From contig JBHLLT010000012.1 of assembly GCA_048938855.1 (NCBI GenBank), positions 22,297-86,296 of the forward strand: a stretch of 64,000 bases of DNA, written 5' to 3'. The notes under the pieces were generated by a model. The model was not told the origin of the DNA, did not search any database, and was given only the letters and a program-made list of their open reading frames with translations. The translations under genes were made by a program, and so were the position numbers. This document shows, piece by piece, positions 1 through 9,050 of this stretch; within the stretch, counting starts at the first letter, position 1, and the number at the start of each line of letters is the position of its first letter. The DNA comes from Promethearchaeota archaeon (GTDB lineage: Archaea; Asgardarchaeota; Lokiarchaeia; Sigyniarchaeales; SOKP01).

Positions 1-65
1 GTTTGTATTAGCTGCTCCAAATGTTCTGAATTTATGAAACTAGGGCAAAATGTAGGTTGTGCCAT
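1..65 (-). CDS. Partial CDS (5' end) running off the window start, MAQPTFCPSFINSEHLEQLIQ...
   Basis: ATG at 65 preceded by GAGG on the minus strand; frame is open to position 1. Confidence 0.45.
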   Translation of the reverse strand, partial: MAQPTFCPSFINSEHLEQLIQ

Positions 66-157
66 AAGAGATCCTCAATATAAAGAAACAGAAACTTATT
101 TTAACATTTAGATTGAATTTAAAATATCAGAAAAGTAATAACTCTGTAGAATTCATT

Positions 158-2497
158 ATGAAAAGATTTAGGAATCGAAGTAAAACTCTAAAATATTTTT
201 TTTTAATCTTCCTATTCATTTTGATCTTTATCCCATTTTTGAAAATCGTCTTATCGAGCAGTATTGGTGGAATTGTTATATTTTTCACTTTTGGATTGTA
301 CTACTTATCAACTAATATCGTTTTTAATCAAATTATAATAATTTTATTCGTTATTTATATACTTTCCATAATTTATCGCCTAAGTTCGAAGAGTAATAAG
401 AACATTAAGAAATTTCCAAAATTATTGTTTTTATTTATTATTCTAATTTGTCCTCAATTTTTTATAACGAATTATAATTCTCTAGAACCAAAAATAAGTC
501 AAGAACAATGGGAATTCTCAATGAGAACTAATTTTAATCGTTCATTCGATTTATTTAATACCTTTAATGCAACTCCAGGCTATCGAAATCGACAAAATAT
601 ATATTTGAATGATAGTAAATATAGTGATCATGTATATGCTCAAGCTTCTCGAGTTTATTTAGGTTTAAATGTGTCTGAAGCTAGTATAGAAGCTTCTCTA
701 TATAAAATTTATAACTTAAAGGATACTTTGGATTTTACTCTAAATAATCTTCTACGCTTGATATATCTTGATATTAATAGAAATATACTAAGTCCCTATA
801 TAAGGAATAAGGTTATTGATGCTTTTGGTAAAACAAAATATTGGTATACTGAACCAACCAGAGATAGCATGATATATTATACAGAAAATCACCAAATTCT
901 ATATCACACCGCAGAATTATTAATTGGTCAACTTTTTCCTAATGATACATTTGTTATATCAAATATGACTGGCCTTGAACATGTTAATCACGCTATTCCC
1001 CTTGTAAAGAAATGGCTTGATTGGCGCGCACAATTTGGTTTTGCTGAATGGCATTCAAACACATACTTTACAGAAGATATAACGGCTCTTGTTAATCTTG
1101 TTGATTTTGCGGAAGACCAGGAAATTGTCTATAAAGCAGCGATGGTTTTAGATATAATGGCTTTTGATTTTGCAAATAATTATTATAAAGGGAGATATGC
1201 CACCACACACGGCCGTTGTTATGATCGAACAAAAGTAGGGACTAGTATTGTATCACCACCTTCTCGAGACAGCACATCTGAATCTGCTTGGATAATGCTG
1301 GGTATTGGATATCATAACCCAATTGATAGGAGCAATCTTGCTGCTATCGCGCTAGCTACCAGTGATTATTATGCTCCTCCCCCGATCTTAGAGGATATTG
1401 CTAATAATGCAACTTTATATAATGAACTAAAGGAGCGTAATAGTATCAATATGAATGATGGAGATTTATATAATATAAGTTATTTAGAAGATGATCTTAT
1501 GTTCTGGTTGGGAATGTCTGCTGTTCTACCTCCACAAACTATAAAGCAAGTCTTCAACTTAGTGAAAAAGTATAATATAGATTCAAATAATGTCTATGGC
1601 CCAGAATTGATTTCAGATTTCTTTAAAATTTCTGCTTTTTTACATGGAATCTCTCTTAGTCAATATTCTGAGAAAATGAAATTAATAACTGAAGGTATAA
1701 GTCTTGAAACTTCAAATACTTACACCTATAGAACACCATATTATCAATTGTCTGGTTCTCAAGATCATCAGAAAGGGATGAATAGTTATCAAGAACACAT
1801 TTGGCAAGCAAGTTTAGATGACAATGCTTTCATTTATACAAATTCACCGGGAGGGTTGACTAAAGATTTTGAGCAGGAATATGTTGGTGGTTGGAATCCA
1901 AGGGCTACTTTATATAAAAATGTTGGGATAATCCAATATGACCGCGAGACATTACCTATAGAAGGAGAACTTTTGCTTTACTTTCTTAATCTCTTTACAG
2001 GTAATAAATTTTATCAACATGCTTATTTTCCTCAGTGGGCTTTTGATGATGTAGAGGAGCAAGGTCATTGGATTTTTGGTGCAAGAGGAGGGGGATATGT
2101 TGCTCTTTATTCTTTCTATAACACTAGATGGGTTTCTGATTATGAATTACGTGTTGATGGATTTAAAAATCTATGGATCGTAGAATTAGGCAGTGTTAAT
2201 GAATATGGTTCATTTAATCAATTTGTTTCTGATATTCAACAATCTCAAATACAAGTTGTACCACAAGCATTAGGTTTTAATGTCCAATATTCATCTCCCT
2301 CTCAAGGTCTTGTAAGTGTGTCATGGGACGATCATATGGTCGTTGGTGGCAGTGAAATTGATTTAGGTCCATATGCTCGTTTTGATAATGATTATTGTTA
2401 TCAAAATTTTGGCACTAAATCGACTTTAATTCAATTTGGAAATCAGAGTTTAGAGTTGAATTTCATTAATGCTTCAAGAATTTATCAAATTACTTAA
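158..2497 (+). CDS. Membrane-anchored large conserved hypothetical protein, possibly polysaccharide lyase/heparinase II-III-like (helical toroid plus beta domain)
   Basis: N-terminal hydrophobic helices, then motifs YYTENHQILY and GFAEWHSNTY, and a beta-rich C-terminus; ATG at 158 preferred over TTG at 113. Confidence 0.55.
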   Translation: MKRFRNRSKTLKYFFLIFLFILIFIPFLKIVLSSSIGGIVIFFTFGLYYLSTNIVFNQIIIILFVIYILSIIYRLSSKSNKNIKKFPKLLFLFIILICPQFFITNYNSLEPKISQEQWEFSMRTNFNRSFDLFNTFNATPGYRNRQNIYLNDSKYSDHVYAQASRVYLGLNVSEASIEASLYKIYNLKDTLDFTLNNLLRLIYLDINRNILSPYIRNKVIDAFGKTKYWYTEPTRDSMIYYTENHQILYHTAELLIGQLFPNDTFVISNMTGLEHVNHAIPLVKKWLDWRAQFGFAEWHSNTYFTEDITALVNLVDFAEDQEIVYKAAMVLDIMAFDFANNYYKGRYATTHGRCYDRTKVGTSIVSPPSRDSTSESAWIMLGIGYHNPIDRSNLAAIALATSDYYAPPPILEDIANNATLYNELKERNSINMNDGDLYNISYLEDDLMFWLGMSAVLPPQTIKQVFNLVKKYNIDSNNVYGPELISDFFKISAFLHGISLSQYSEKMKLITEGISLETSNTYTYRTPYYQLSGSQDHQKGMNSYQEHIWQASLDDNAFIYTNSPGGLTKDFEQEYVGGWNPRATLYKNVGIIQYDRETLPIEGELLLYFLNLFTGNKFYQHAYFPQWAFDDVEEQGHWIFGARGGGYVALYSFYNTRWVSDYELRVDGFKNLWIVELGSVNEYGSFNQFVSDIQQSQIQVVPQALGFNVQYSSPSQGLVSVSWDDHMVVGGSEIDLGPYARFDNDYCYQNFGTKSTLIQFGNQSLELNFINASRIYQIT

Positions 2498-2517
2498 TCA
2501 AATATAATATAGATATA

Positions 2518-3381
2518 GTGAGAGTAAAAAAATATTTAAAAATCGGAAAACCTGCTGTAAAGGGTAGTATTTTAGTCATTTTTGGAATTTTAAATTCTCG
2601 AATAGGTATAGGAGTAGAGATTTTTACAAATAATCTTATTTATGGCCCTCTTGCTTATCTTTTCCTAGCCTTTTCAGGACTAATCATCATTTTCCTTCTT
2701 CATATACTCAATAATCCCTCTGAAAGAAGTAAATTAAATAAAAACAGTTTACTCCTTGCTTTCGGAATTTTAAGTATTATTAGTTTAACACTAATTGCTT
2801 TTAATATATTTGAGAATTTTATGATTTATTACCTCAATATCCCTATTATTCTTTTTACACTACTTATTCTTGTCTTTTGGATTAGTTTAGGCTATTTAGG
2901 TGCTAAAAATATTATTGAAAACATATCTGTGAGGATCCTGGTTTTAACTCTCTCATTCTCTATTGGTTTGTTCTATGGCGTCTTCTTAAATACCTCTATA
3001 GTTCCGACACAAATCTATTTTTTCTTTTTTTCATTATCTTTCTTACAAATATCAAGAGAATTAACTAAGGGTTTCAATGAAAAAGATAAAATTGAAGAGT
3101 ATTTGCTCATTCCTAATAGAATTGATGAGAGAAAGCAACTTAAGTTTTCATTATTCTTCCAATTTGCTGCAATAATTTGCCTTATTATACCAATATTCCT
3201 TGATATATATAATAATTTCCTACTTCTTATTCTTATAGTTTTTAATTTAACCGCAATAGGTATTGCTTCTTTTCTAACATTAGCAAGCCTATTGGAAAAT
3301 GATATATACAAAAGGATAAGTTCAATATTGAAAATTGGAATCCTATTGGAATTAATTATGTTTTTAGCTTTTGGAATATAG
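2518..3381 (+). CDS. UbiA-like polytopic membrane protein with degenerate Asp-rich motifs
   Basis: About 8-9 TM segments; NNPSER and SRELTKGFNEKD..IP resemble UbiA/DGGGPS loop motifs but lack the acidic residues. Confidence 0.5.
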   Translation: MRVKKYLKIGKPAVKGSILVIFGILNSRIGIGVEIFTNNLIYGPLAYLFLAFSGLIIIFLLHILNNPSERSKLNKNSLLLAFGILSIISLTLIAFNIFENFMIYYLNIPIILFTLLILVFWISLGYLGAKNIIENISVRILVLTLSFSIGLFYGVFLNTSIVPTQIYFFFFSLSFLQISRELTKGFNEKDKIEEYLLIPNRIDERKQLKFSLFFQFAAIICLIIPIFLDIYNNFLLLILIVFNLTAIGIASFLTLASLLENDIYKRISSILKIGILLELIMFLAFGI

Positions 3382-3409
3382 TTATTTCTTAATTAGAGTT
3401 GACATTCAT

Positions 3410-4306
3410 ATGAAATTATTACGCACCCCAGATAAAAGGTTTGAAAACCTCCCTGATTATCCATTCAAACCTAATTATATAAATGTTGATGGAATAAGAA
3501 TTCACTATATAGATGAAGGCCCTAAAGATGCTGAAATTGTACTTCTTATGCATGGAGAACCCTCATGGTCATATCTATATAGATATATGATTCCAATTTT
3601 AGTAGAAGCAGGATTTAGAACCTTAGCACCAGATTTAGTTGGATTTGGAAGATCTGATAAACCGACTGAGAAAAGTGACCACACATATGGCAAGCATGTA
3701 GATTGGATATCAAAATGGGTTAAATTACTTAATCTCAAAAATATAACATTATTTTGTCAAGATTGGGGATCATTAATAGGATTGAGAGTTGCCATTGAAA
3801 ACTCAGAACGATTTAGGAGGATTGTATTATCAAATGGAGGATTACCAACAGGAGAACAAAAGATGAGCAAAGCTTTCTTAGAATGGCAAGAATTCTCTAG
3901 AACTTCTCCCAAATTTTATATTGGAAAGATTATTCAAGGTGCAACAACAACTAAATTACCGAAAAATGTTCTCAAAGCCTATGAAGCACCGTTTCCAGAT
4001 GATTCATTTAAAGCAGGAGCCAGAATTATGCCCTCTTTAGTTCCAACCACAAAAGATGATCCCGAACATGAAACAAATAAAAAAGCATGGCTAAAGTTCT
4101 TCAAATGGGAGAAGCCATTTTTAACAGCGTTCTCAGATAGCGACCTTATTACGAGAGGCGGAGATAAATTTTGGCAAGAGAAAATTCCTGGTGCTCAAGG
4201 ACAGAATCATACTACAATTAAAGGTGCTGGACACTTTATTCAAGAAGATAAGGGTCCTGAACTGGCTAATTTAGTGATAGAATTTATTAGGAAGAATCCA
4301 ATATAG
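3410..4306 (+). CDS. Haloalkane dehalogenase (alpha/beta hydrolase)
   Basis: MKLLRTPD..RF start, HGEPSWSYLY, nucleophile QDWG, catalytic GHFIQED. Confidence 0.92.
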   Translation: MKLLRTPDKRFENLPDYPFKPNYINVDGIRIHYIDEGPKDAEIVLLMHGEPSWSYLYRYMIPILVEAGFRTLAPDLVGFGRSDKPTEKSDHTYGKHVDWISKWVKLLNLKNITLFCQDWGSLIGLRVAIENSERFRRIVLSNGGLPTGEQKMSKAFLEWQEFSRTSPKFYIGKIIQGATTTKLPKNVLKAYEAPFPDDSFKAGARIMPSLVPTTKDDPEHETNKKAWLKFFKWEKPFLTAFSDSDLITRGGDKFWQEKIPGAQGQNHTTIKGAGHFIQEDKGPELANLVIEFIRKNPI

Positions 4307-4445
4307 TTTGTAGTTCAGATTTAGAAATTTGGATTTTGGTTTGATATGAAAAAATTATAAATAAGTATGAAAATTGGACTATATAAGAATTATATAATAA
4401 GGTTTGAATTTACAATATAACAATCCTTTTGATTGGCATAAAACT

Positions 4446-4949
4446 ATGAATATAAACAGGCACAAAGGTCATGAAAGAGAAGCTCCAAATTCACACATAA
4501 TTCAAGGAGTATCACCAATCGTTTTTATCATAATTTGGTTTTTAGACTCGCAGGTATTTAGATTTTCTACATATTTGAATATTTTTGTTCTATTTCCGAT
4601 TAGACTTATCTTATTTATAATTGTGTTCGCAATTTCTATTACTTTTATAATGTTTTCTCATCGTACACTTTTTAAAAGTCATGAGCCATCCAATAAATTA
4701 ATTACTGGTGGGGTCCTTCGCTATGTAAGGAACCCGATGTATTTTGGAATTTTATTAATATATGTAGCCTTTTTAGTTTTATCCATTTCATTAATTGGAA
4801 TTGGTTTATTTATTATTATATTCTTAGTATATAATTGGATGGTTAATTATGAAGAAAAGATTCTCGAAGATATATTTGGTGATGAATATAGAGAATATAA
4901 AAGCAAAGTATCGAAATGGATTCCAAACCCATTCAGAAAATTAAAATAA
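4446..4949 (+). CDS. Isoprenylcysteine carboxyl methyltransferase / PEMT-family membrane methyltransferase
   Basis: LIT.G..RYVRNPMYFG and EE..L...FG.EY.EY...V.KWIP motifs, 4 TM. Confidence 0.85.
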   Translation: MNINRHKGHEREAPNSHIIQGVSPIVFIIIWFLDSQVFRFSTYLNIFVLFPIRLILFIIVFAISITFIMFSHRTLFKSHEPSNKLITGGVLRYVRNPMYFGILLIYVAFLVLSISLIGIGLFIIIFLVYNWMVNYEEKILEDIFGDEYREYKSKVSKWIPNPFRKLK

Positions 4950-4969
4950 TCAAAATCCAAGCGTTAATT

Positions 4970-5599
4970 TTAATCTGTTACTTTTTTTAATAGTTCTTGA
5001 TTTGATTCTGGATAATATTGAGCATAATCTAAGATTTTTGTTTTGGAAATTCCACCTAATAACTTAGAGATATCAATTAAGATTCTATTTTCATTAATAT
5101 GATTTGATTTCCATAAATAAAGTAAATCTAAAATGGTTTTCTCATGATCCGAATATTTAATTTTATTAATTACTATACCAAAATTGAATAAAGTATTTTT
5201 AAATCTCAAAAACCTAAACTTTTTCCCCACAATTGTTATAGGAGAATTGCTCATTATCATATCATTAATTATGTAAAAATATTCATCTGGTTGGCTAAAT
5301 TTAACTTTATTGAGATTTAATGCTGTATAAAGTCCAAAATACCAATTTTTAACATTTTTTAGTTTTAAACTCATTCCAACAAGCTCTAATAGTGAAAGGT
5401 TTATCCTTTTTTCCTTGAATTCTTCAAAAGATTTCACATAATATATATCTTCAAAAATATTTACTAAATATCCACGGGAGTTCAAGTAATCACGAGTGAG
5501 TCTGTAATTGCTATAAATTTCATCACAGTATTGCTTTAATTCATCAGAAGTGATAAATTTCCTATTATCTTTCCTAATATTTTTTAAAACTTGCCTCAT
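4970..5599 (-). CDS. AbiEi-like (type IV toxin-antitoxin antitoxin) transcriptional regulator
   Basis: N-terminal wHTH-like segment (YLNSRGYLVNIFEDIYYV), YFGLYTAL, SD.EKTILDLLY. Confidence 0.7.
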   Translation of the reverse strand: MRQVLKNIRKDNRKFITSDELKQYCDEIYSNYRLTRDYLNSRGYLVNIFEDIYYVKSFEEFKEKRINLSLLELVGMSLKLKNVKNWYFGLYTALNLNKVKFSQPDEYFYIINDMIMSNSPITIVGKKFRFLRFKNTLFNFGIVINKIKYSDHEKTILDLLYLWKSNHINENRILIDISKLLGGISKTKILDYAQYYPESNQELLKKVTD

Positions 5600-5750
5600 A
5601 AATCTACTTTTGAAATATGATGAAATTTAATAAATTTGGAAAAGAATTTCATCATTATTGTATTATAAGAATGCTTAATTTTTATGTTTTTTATATTAAA
5701 CTAAGCAAAAAAAATTCATCTGAATAAATCTTATTCAATAATTAGAGAGG

Positions 5751-5944
5751 CTACATATCTATACCATACATTATCACGATTAGTGATGCAATCAAAATAA
5801 TAGCAATAGTTAGCTGAACTGCCCTTCTATACTTTAATGCCCCGTTTTTTTTAAGAACTCATTTCTTAATTCTTCTAGATTGGATTCAAACATTTTAATC
5901 TGGTTTTCCAATTCGCCAATTGAAAGATCTTTTATTTTAGACAT
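5751..5944 (-). pseudogene. Small coiled-coil plus C-terminal TM (tail-anchored) protein split by a frameshift in an A8 run
   Basis: Frame 0 gives MSKIKDLSIGELENQIKMFESNLEELRNEFLKKTGH* (5944-5834); the -1 frame from the A8 run continues NGALKYRRAVQLTIAIILIASLIVIMYGIDM* to 5751. Confidence 0.5.
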
Positions 5945-6167
5945 TAAATTTCATTTCCGTTTTTGATTTCTTATAGAATTCAAAATTAACCATAGATTAT
6001 TATAAATTTTATCACTTTGAAGCGAATAATCCGCACTAGACTTATATTATTAAAACATATTTACTGATTTTCAAAAATATCTCTCCGAAAACATTTATAT
6101 ATTAACTCAAACTAAGTACTATAGAAAGTTGCGACATTATAGCTAAGAATGAGGTGGAAGAAATTTG

Positions 6168-6626
6168 ATGTATAACAATGCAGAGGAACCTATCTCGGAA
6201 TATGAAAAAACGATCAATAAGCTAACAGATCAGATTACAGAATTGTTTTCCAAAATTCATTTTTATCAAGCGCTTATTGCCGAAAAGGATCATAAAATAA
6301 ATCAATTAATTAATGAGAATAATCAACTCAAAGCTCAAATTCAAGATATATTAAATCCTTCTAATCTAGAATCATATACACCACTCCCTCCACCAGCTCC
6401 AGCTTTTAAACCAAAAACAAGCCCTACACCAACTTTAAATCAGCAAACAATCTCGAATTTTTCAGCTAGTACCGATCCTAGAGTTAACAAGAGGCAATGC
6501 CCGAATTGTGGAGCGACGGGATTTGCTATAAGAGAAATTGATGATAAATCAACTATAATTAGTTACGTACCAAGACGAATTTATGCTAAAAAGAAATCTT
6601 GTACAAAATGTAGATATGAATGGTAA
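6168..6626 (+). CDS. Coiled-coil, proline-rich linker and C-terminal Zn-ribbon protein
   Basis: Heptad N-terminus, TPLPPPAPAFKP, CPNCG...CTKC; GAGGTGG SD upstream. Confidence 0.75.
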   Translation: MYNNAEEPISEYEKTINKLTDQITELFSKIHFYQALIAEKDHKINQLINENNQLKAQIQDILNPSNLESYTPLPPPAPAFKPKTSPTPTLNQQTISNFSASTDPRVNKRQCPNCGATGFAIREIDDKSTIISYVPRRIYAKKKSCTKCRYEW

Positions 6627-6640
6627 AAAAAGGGATTAGC

Positions 6641-7579
6641 CTATTTTTCAAAAAATGGAGCCAAATTGCGAGGTAGAACTTCAAAATAATCAACTAAATC
6701 ATATTGTACTATTTTCTCTCGAGTTTCTTCTTGGAGTTGATCAAAATTCTTCCCTTCTAATATGAATTTTGTTTCTTTTTCGCTGAATTCAGGACCTCTT
6801 TCAGTCCAATTTTTAACCTTCTTATTTGCAGGACATATTTTCTGGCAATGAAGACATCCTACTAAACAATTATGCCATGATGAATCTATCCAATTTGGAA
6901 AAGAAACTTCTGGAGGTTGTTCATTATGGTATGTAAGACAACGTTCGGCTCGTAAGAGAAAACGATCAGTGGGAATAGCCCCTGTTGGGCATTTGTTTGT
7001 ACAAGCGGAACAGTCTTTACACAGATCCATCATCTGTAATTCTCGCCAATTATCCTCATTAGTAGGAAAATCTGAATATAATGTTGTTAGGCGATGAAAA
7101 CTTCCCATTCCATCTACATAACTAATATTATTTCTTCCATAGTCGGCCAATCCACAGCGAACTGCTAACGTTTTTTGAGGAAGACGAGCATACGCTGCTT
7201 TGTATCCACTAGGTTTTAAAATATTATTTACAAGTTCTGCCATTTCGTCAATAATTTTGCTACCATATAAGTATGTAGGTGGAATAAGCAAAGAGATTTC
7301 CTTGTTATCCCAGTGGAAAATAGCTTTGAATTGTGGAACAGGAACTGATATAATAAAAAGTGAATTAACCGGAAACTCATATTCTTGTTCAATTTCAAAA
7401 TAGGATTTATACTCTTCATAGAATTCTGTATGGAAAAGATTTTGTTCATAATATTTTTTAATATCATTTCTTAAGTCTGGAATGTGTTCTCCAGACACAA
7501 TTTTTCCCTTATACCCTTTCAAATTTAGGGTTTTATAAAAATTCTGTATAATATCATCATTATTATCCATAATTATCAC
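6641..7579 (-). CDS. Epoxyqueuosine reductase (QueG)-like 4Fe-4S dicluster protein
   Basis: LAVRCGLADYGRNN, CKDCSACTNKCPTGA, RCLTY, GCLHCQKICP. Confidence 0.8.
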   Translation of the reverse strand: MIIMDNNDDIIQNFYKTLNLKGYKGKIVSGEHIPDLRNDIKKYYEQNLFHTEFYEEYKSYFEIEQEYEFPVNSLFIISVPVPQFKAIFHWDNKEISLLIPPTYLYGSKIIDEMAELVNNILKPSGYKAAYARLPQKTLAVRCGLADYGRNNISYVDGMGSFHRLTTLYSDFPTNEDNWRELQMMDLCKDCSACTNKCPTGAIPTDRFLLRAERCLTYHNEQPPEVSFPNWIDSSWHNCLVGCLHCQKICPANKKVKNWTERGPEFSEKETKFILEGKNFDQLQEETREKIVQYDLVDYFEVLPRNLAPFFEK

Positions 7580-7664
7580 TCTCTTTAACTAATCCAAAAT
7601 TTCTTTTTAGATTATTCTAACCATGATTTATTAAACCTAATATCTTGACTTGACTTACTTTTTC

Positions 7665-8111
7665 CTATAGATTAAGTCGAGGATCCTCCTTTACGGTACA
7701 AAAGGCAATAAGGGATTCCATGTTTTTAATACCTGGCATTTTACTTATTTCCTTTGTAAGATCATGCAACGCTAGATTATCTTTGACTTTCACTTTTATA
7801 AGTATATCCCATTCGCCGGCAATTTCGTGAACTTCCATCGCATTTTCATTTTGTGCTACTTTTTCGGCAAATTCACAGCAATCTGTTTCAATAGTAAGAC
7901 TTATCTTAATCCAAGCTGTAGTAGGTTTACCCAATGCATCAGGATCAACTAGTGGCACTATATCTTTTATAACTTTATCCTTCTTCATTTGTTTAATTCT
8001 TGAAAAAACGGTTGAGGGAGATTCACCTACTTTCAGTGCCAATTTTCTATAGGTTATACTAGCATCTTTTTGATATTCTCTTAAGATGTTCTTATTTAGG
8101 TCATCAATCAT
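7665..8111 (-). CDS. Lrp/AsnC family transcriptional regulator
   Basis: N-terminal HTH and C-terminal RAM domain (EVHEIAGEWDILIKVKVKD). Confidence 0.92.
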   Translation of the reverse strand: MIDDLNKNILREYQKDASITYRKLALKVGESPSTVFSRIKQMKKDKVIKDIVPLVDPDALGKPTTAWIKISLTIETDCCEFAEKVAQNENAMEVHEIAGEWDILIKVKVKDNLALHDLTKEISKMPGIKNMESLIAFCTVKEDPRLNL

Positions 8112-8175
8112 ATTTTCATATAATTATTTTTTGTATTAATTTCTAGATATTATTCAATATATTTAAATCTTTCTG

Positions 8176-8219
8176 GACAATATGCAAAAGATTTATATAT
8201 TAATAGACAATATACAAAA
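8176..8219. promoter_or_regulatory. Direct repeat GACAATAT(G/A)CAAAA x2 flanking a TATA-like box; putative operator in a divergent promoter
   Basis: gacaatatgcaaaa at 8176-8189 and gacaatatacaaaa at 8206-8219, with tttatatatta between. Confidence 0.5.
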
Positions 8220-8307
8220 ATAGAACATAAAAAATAAACAAAGTTAAATTATCAATATAAAATAAATGTTAGAAAATTATTTTATAACAAGTTGGAGTAT
8301 TAATAGA

Positions 8308-8418
8308 ATGTCTGATGTGATAAAAGAAACAAGTTATAATTGTATAAAATGTGGAAATCAATTATTTCATGGGGCAAAGACATGTGAAAAATGTGGTAGT
8401 AATGTATATTTATATTAA
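8308..8418 (+). CDS. 36-aa zinc-ribbon microprotein (not in ORF track)
   Basis: MSDVIKETSYNCIKCGNQLFHGAKTCEKCGSNVYLY*, two CxxCG knuckles, GGAG upstream. Confidence 0.75.
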   Translation: MSDVIKETSYNCIKCGNQLFHGAKTCEKCGSNVYLY

Positions 8419-8534
8419 TTTATCATAACAGAATAATCACAGCTAGGCAATACTGTTAACCTTAAATAATTTTGAATTTTACTTATTGTTACCGGAAATC
8501 TAAATAATTAATTGAAATAGTTAAGTGGTTAAAT

Positions 8535-8861
8535 ATGGTTTTACTTGTAGCGACAGTTGTATTTCCTCATGCAAAATCAAGTAAAGTGGCAAAAAAAAAT
8601 ATAGAGATGATTAAAAAATATCCTACTGATGCTTCCATTGGAGAAGGAATAGCATTAGGAGTTAAAGCAACAACAGAAGGAATGCAAGTCTTGTTCGTAG
8701 GAGATGTTAAAAAAGGTAAAGTCGAGGAGTACATGTTTAGAATGGCAAAACAATATCAAGAATATGCTTTAGAGATAGATGGATTAACATATCAAATAGA
8801 AACCTATTTTGATGTTACAGAAGCATATAAAATCTTAGGTATGGAGCCTCCTCCAGATTAG
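8535..8861 (+). CDS. Small hypothetical protein
   Basis: Clean 108-aa ORF followed by an oligo-T tract. Confidence 0.75.
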   Translation: MVLLVATVVFPHAKSSKVAKKNIEMIKKYPTDASIGEGIALGVKATTEGMQVLFVGDVKKGKVEEYMFRMAKQYQEYALEIDGLTYQIETYFDVTEAYKILGMEPPPD

Positions 8862-8880
8862 TGAATAATACTAAATTCCC

Positions 8881-8896
8881 TTTTTTTTTTATTTTT
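8881..8896 (+). terminator. Oligo-T archaeal terminator
   Basis: T10 run about 20 nt after the stop at 8861. Confidence 0.5.
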
Positions 8897-9050
8897 AATT
8901 AAAGAAATTATTAATTGTGATTATTACATATTTCCTTCTAGATCAAATTGATTTCAAGCGTTCTCTAATGAATATAGTTCAAATTTCAAATGAAGAAATT
9001 ACTTAATTTTAATTCTATATGAATAGAAAAAAAGGAAAATATCTTTATTA

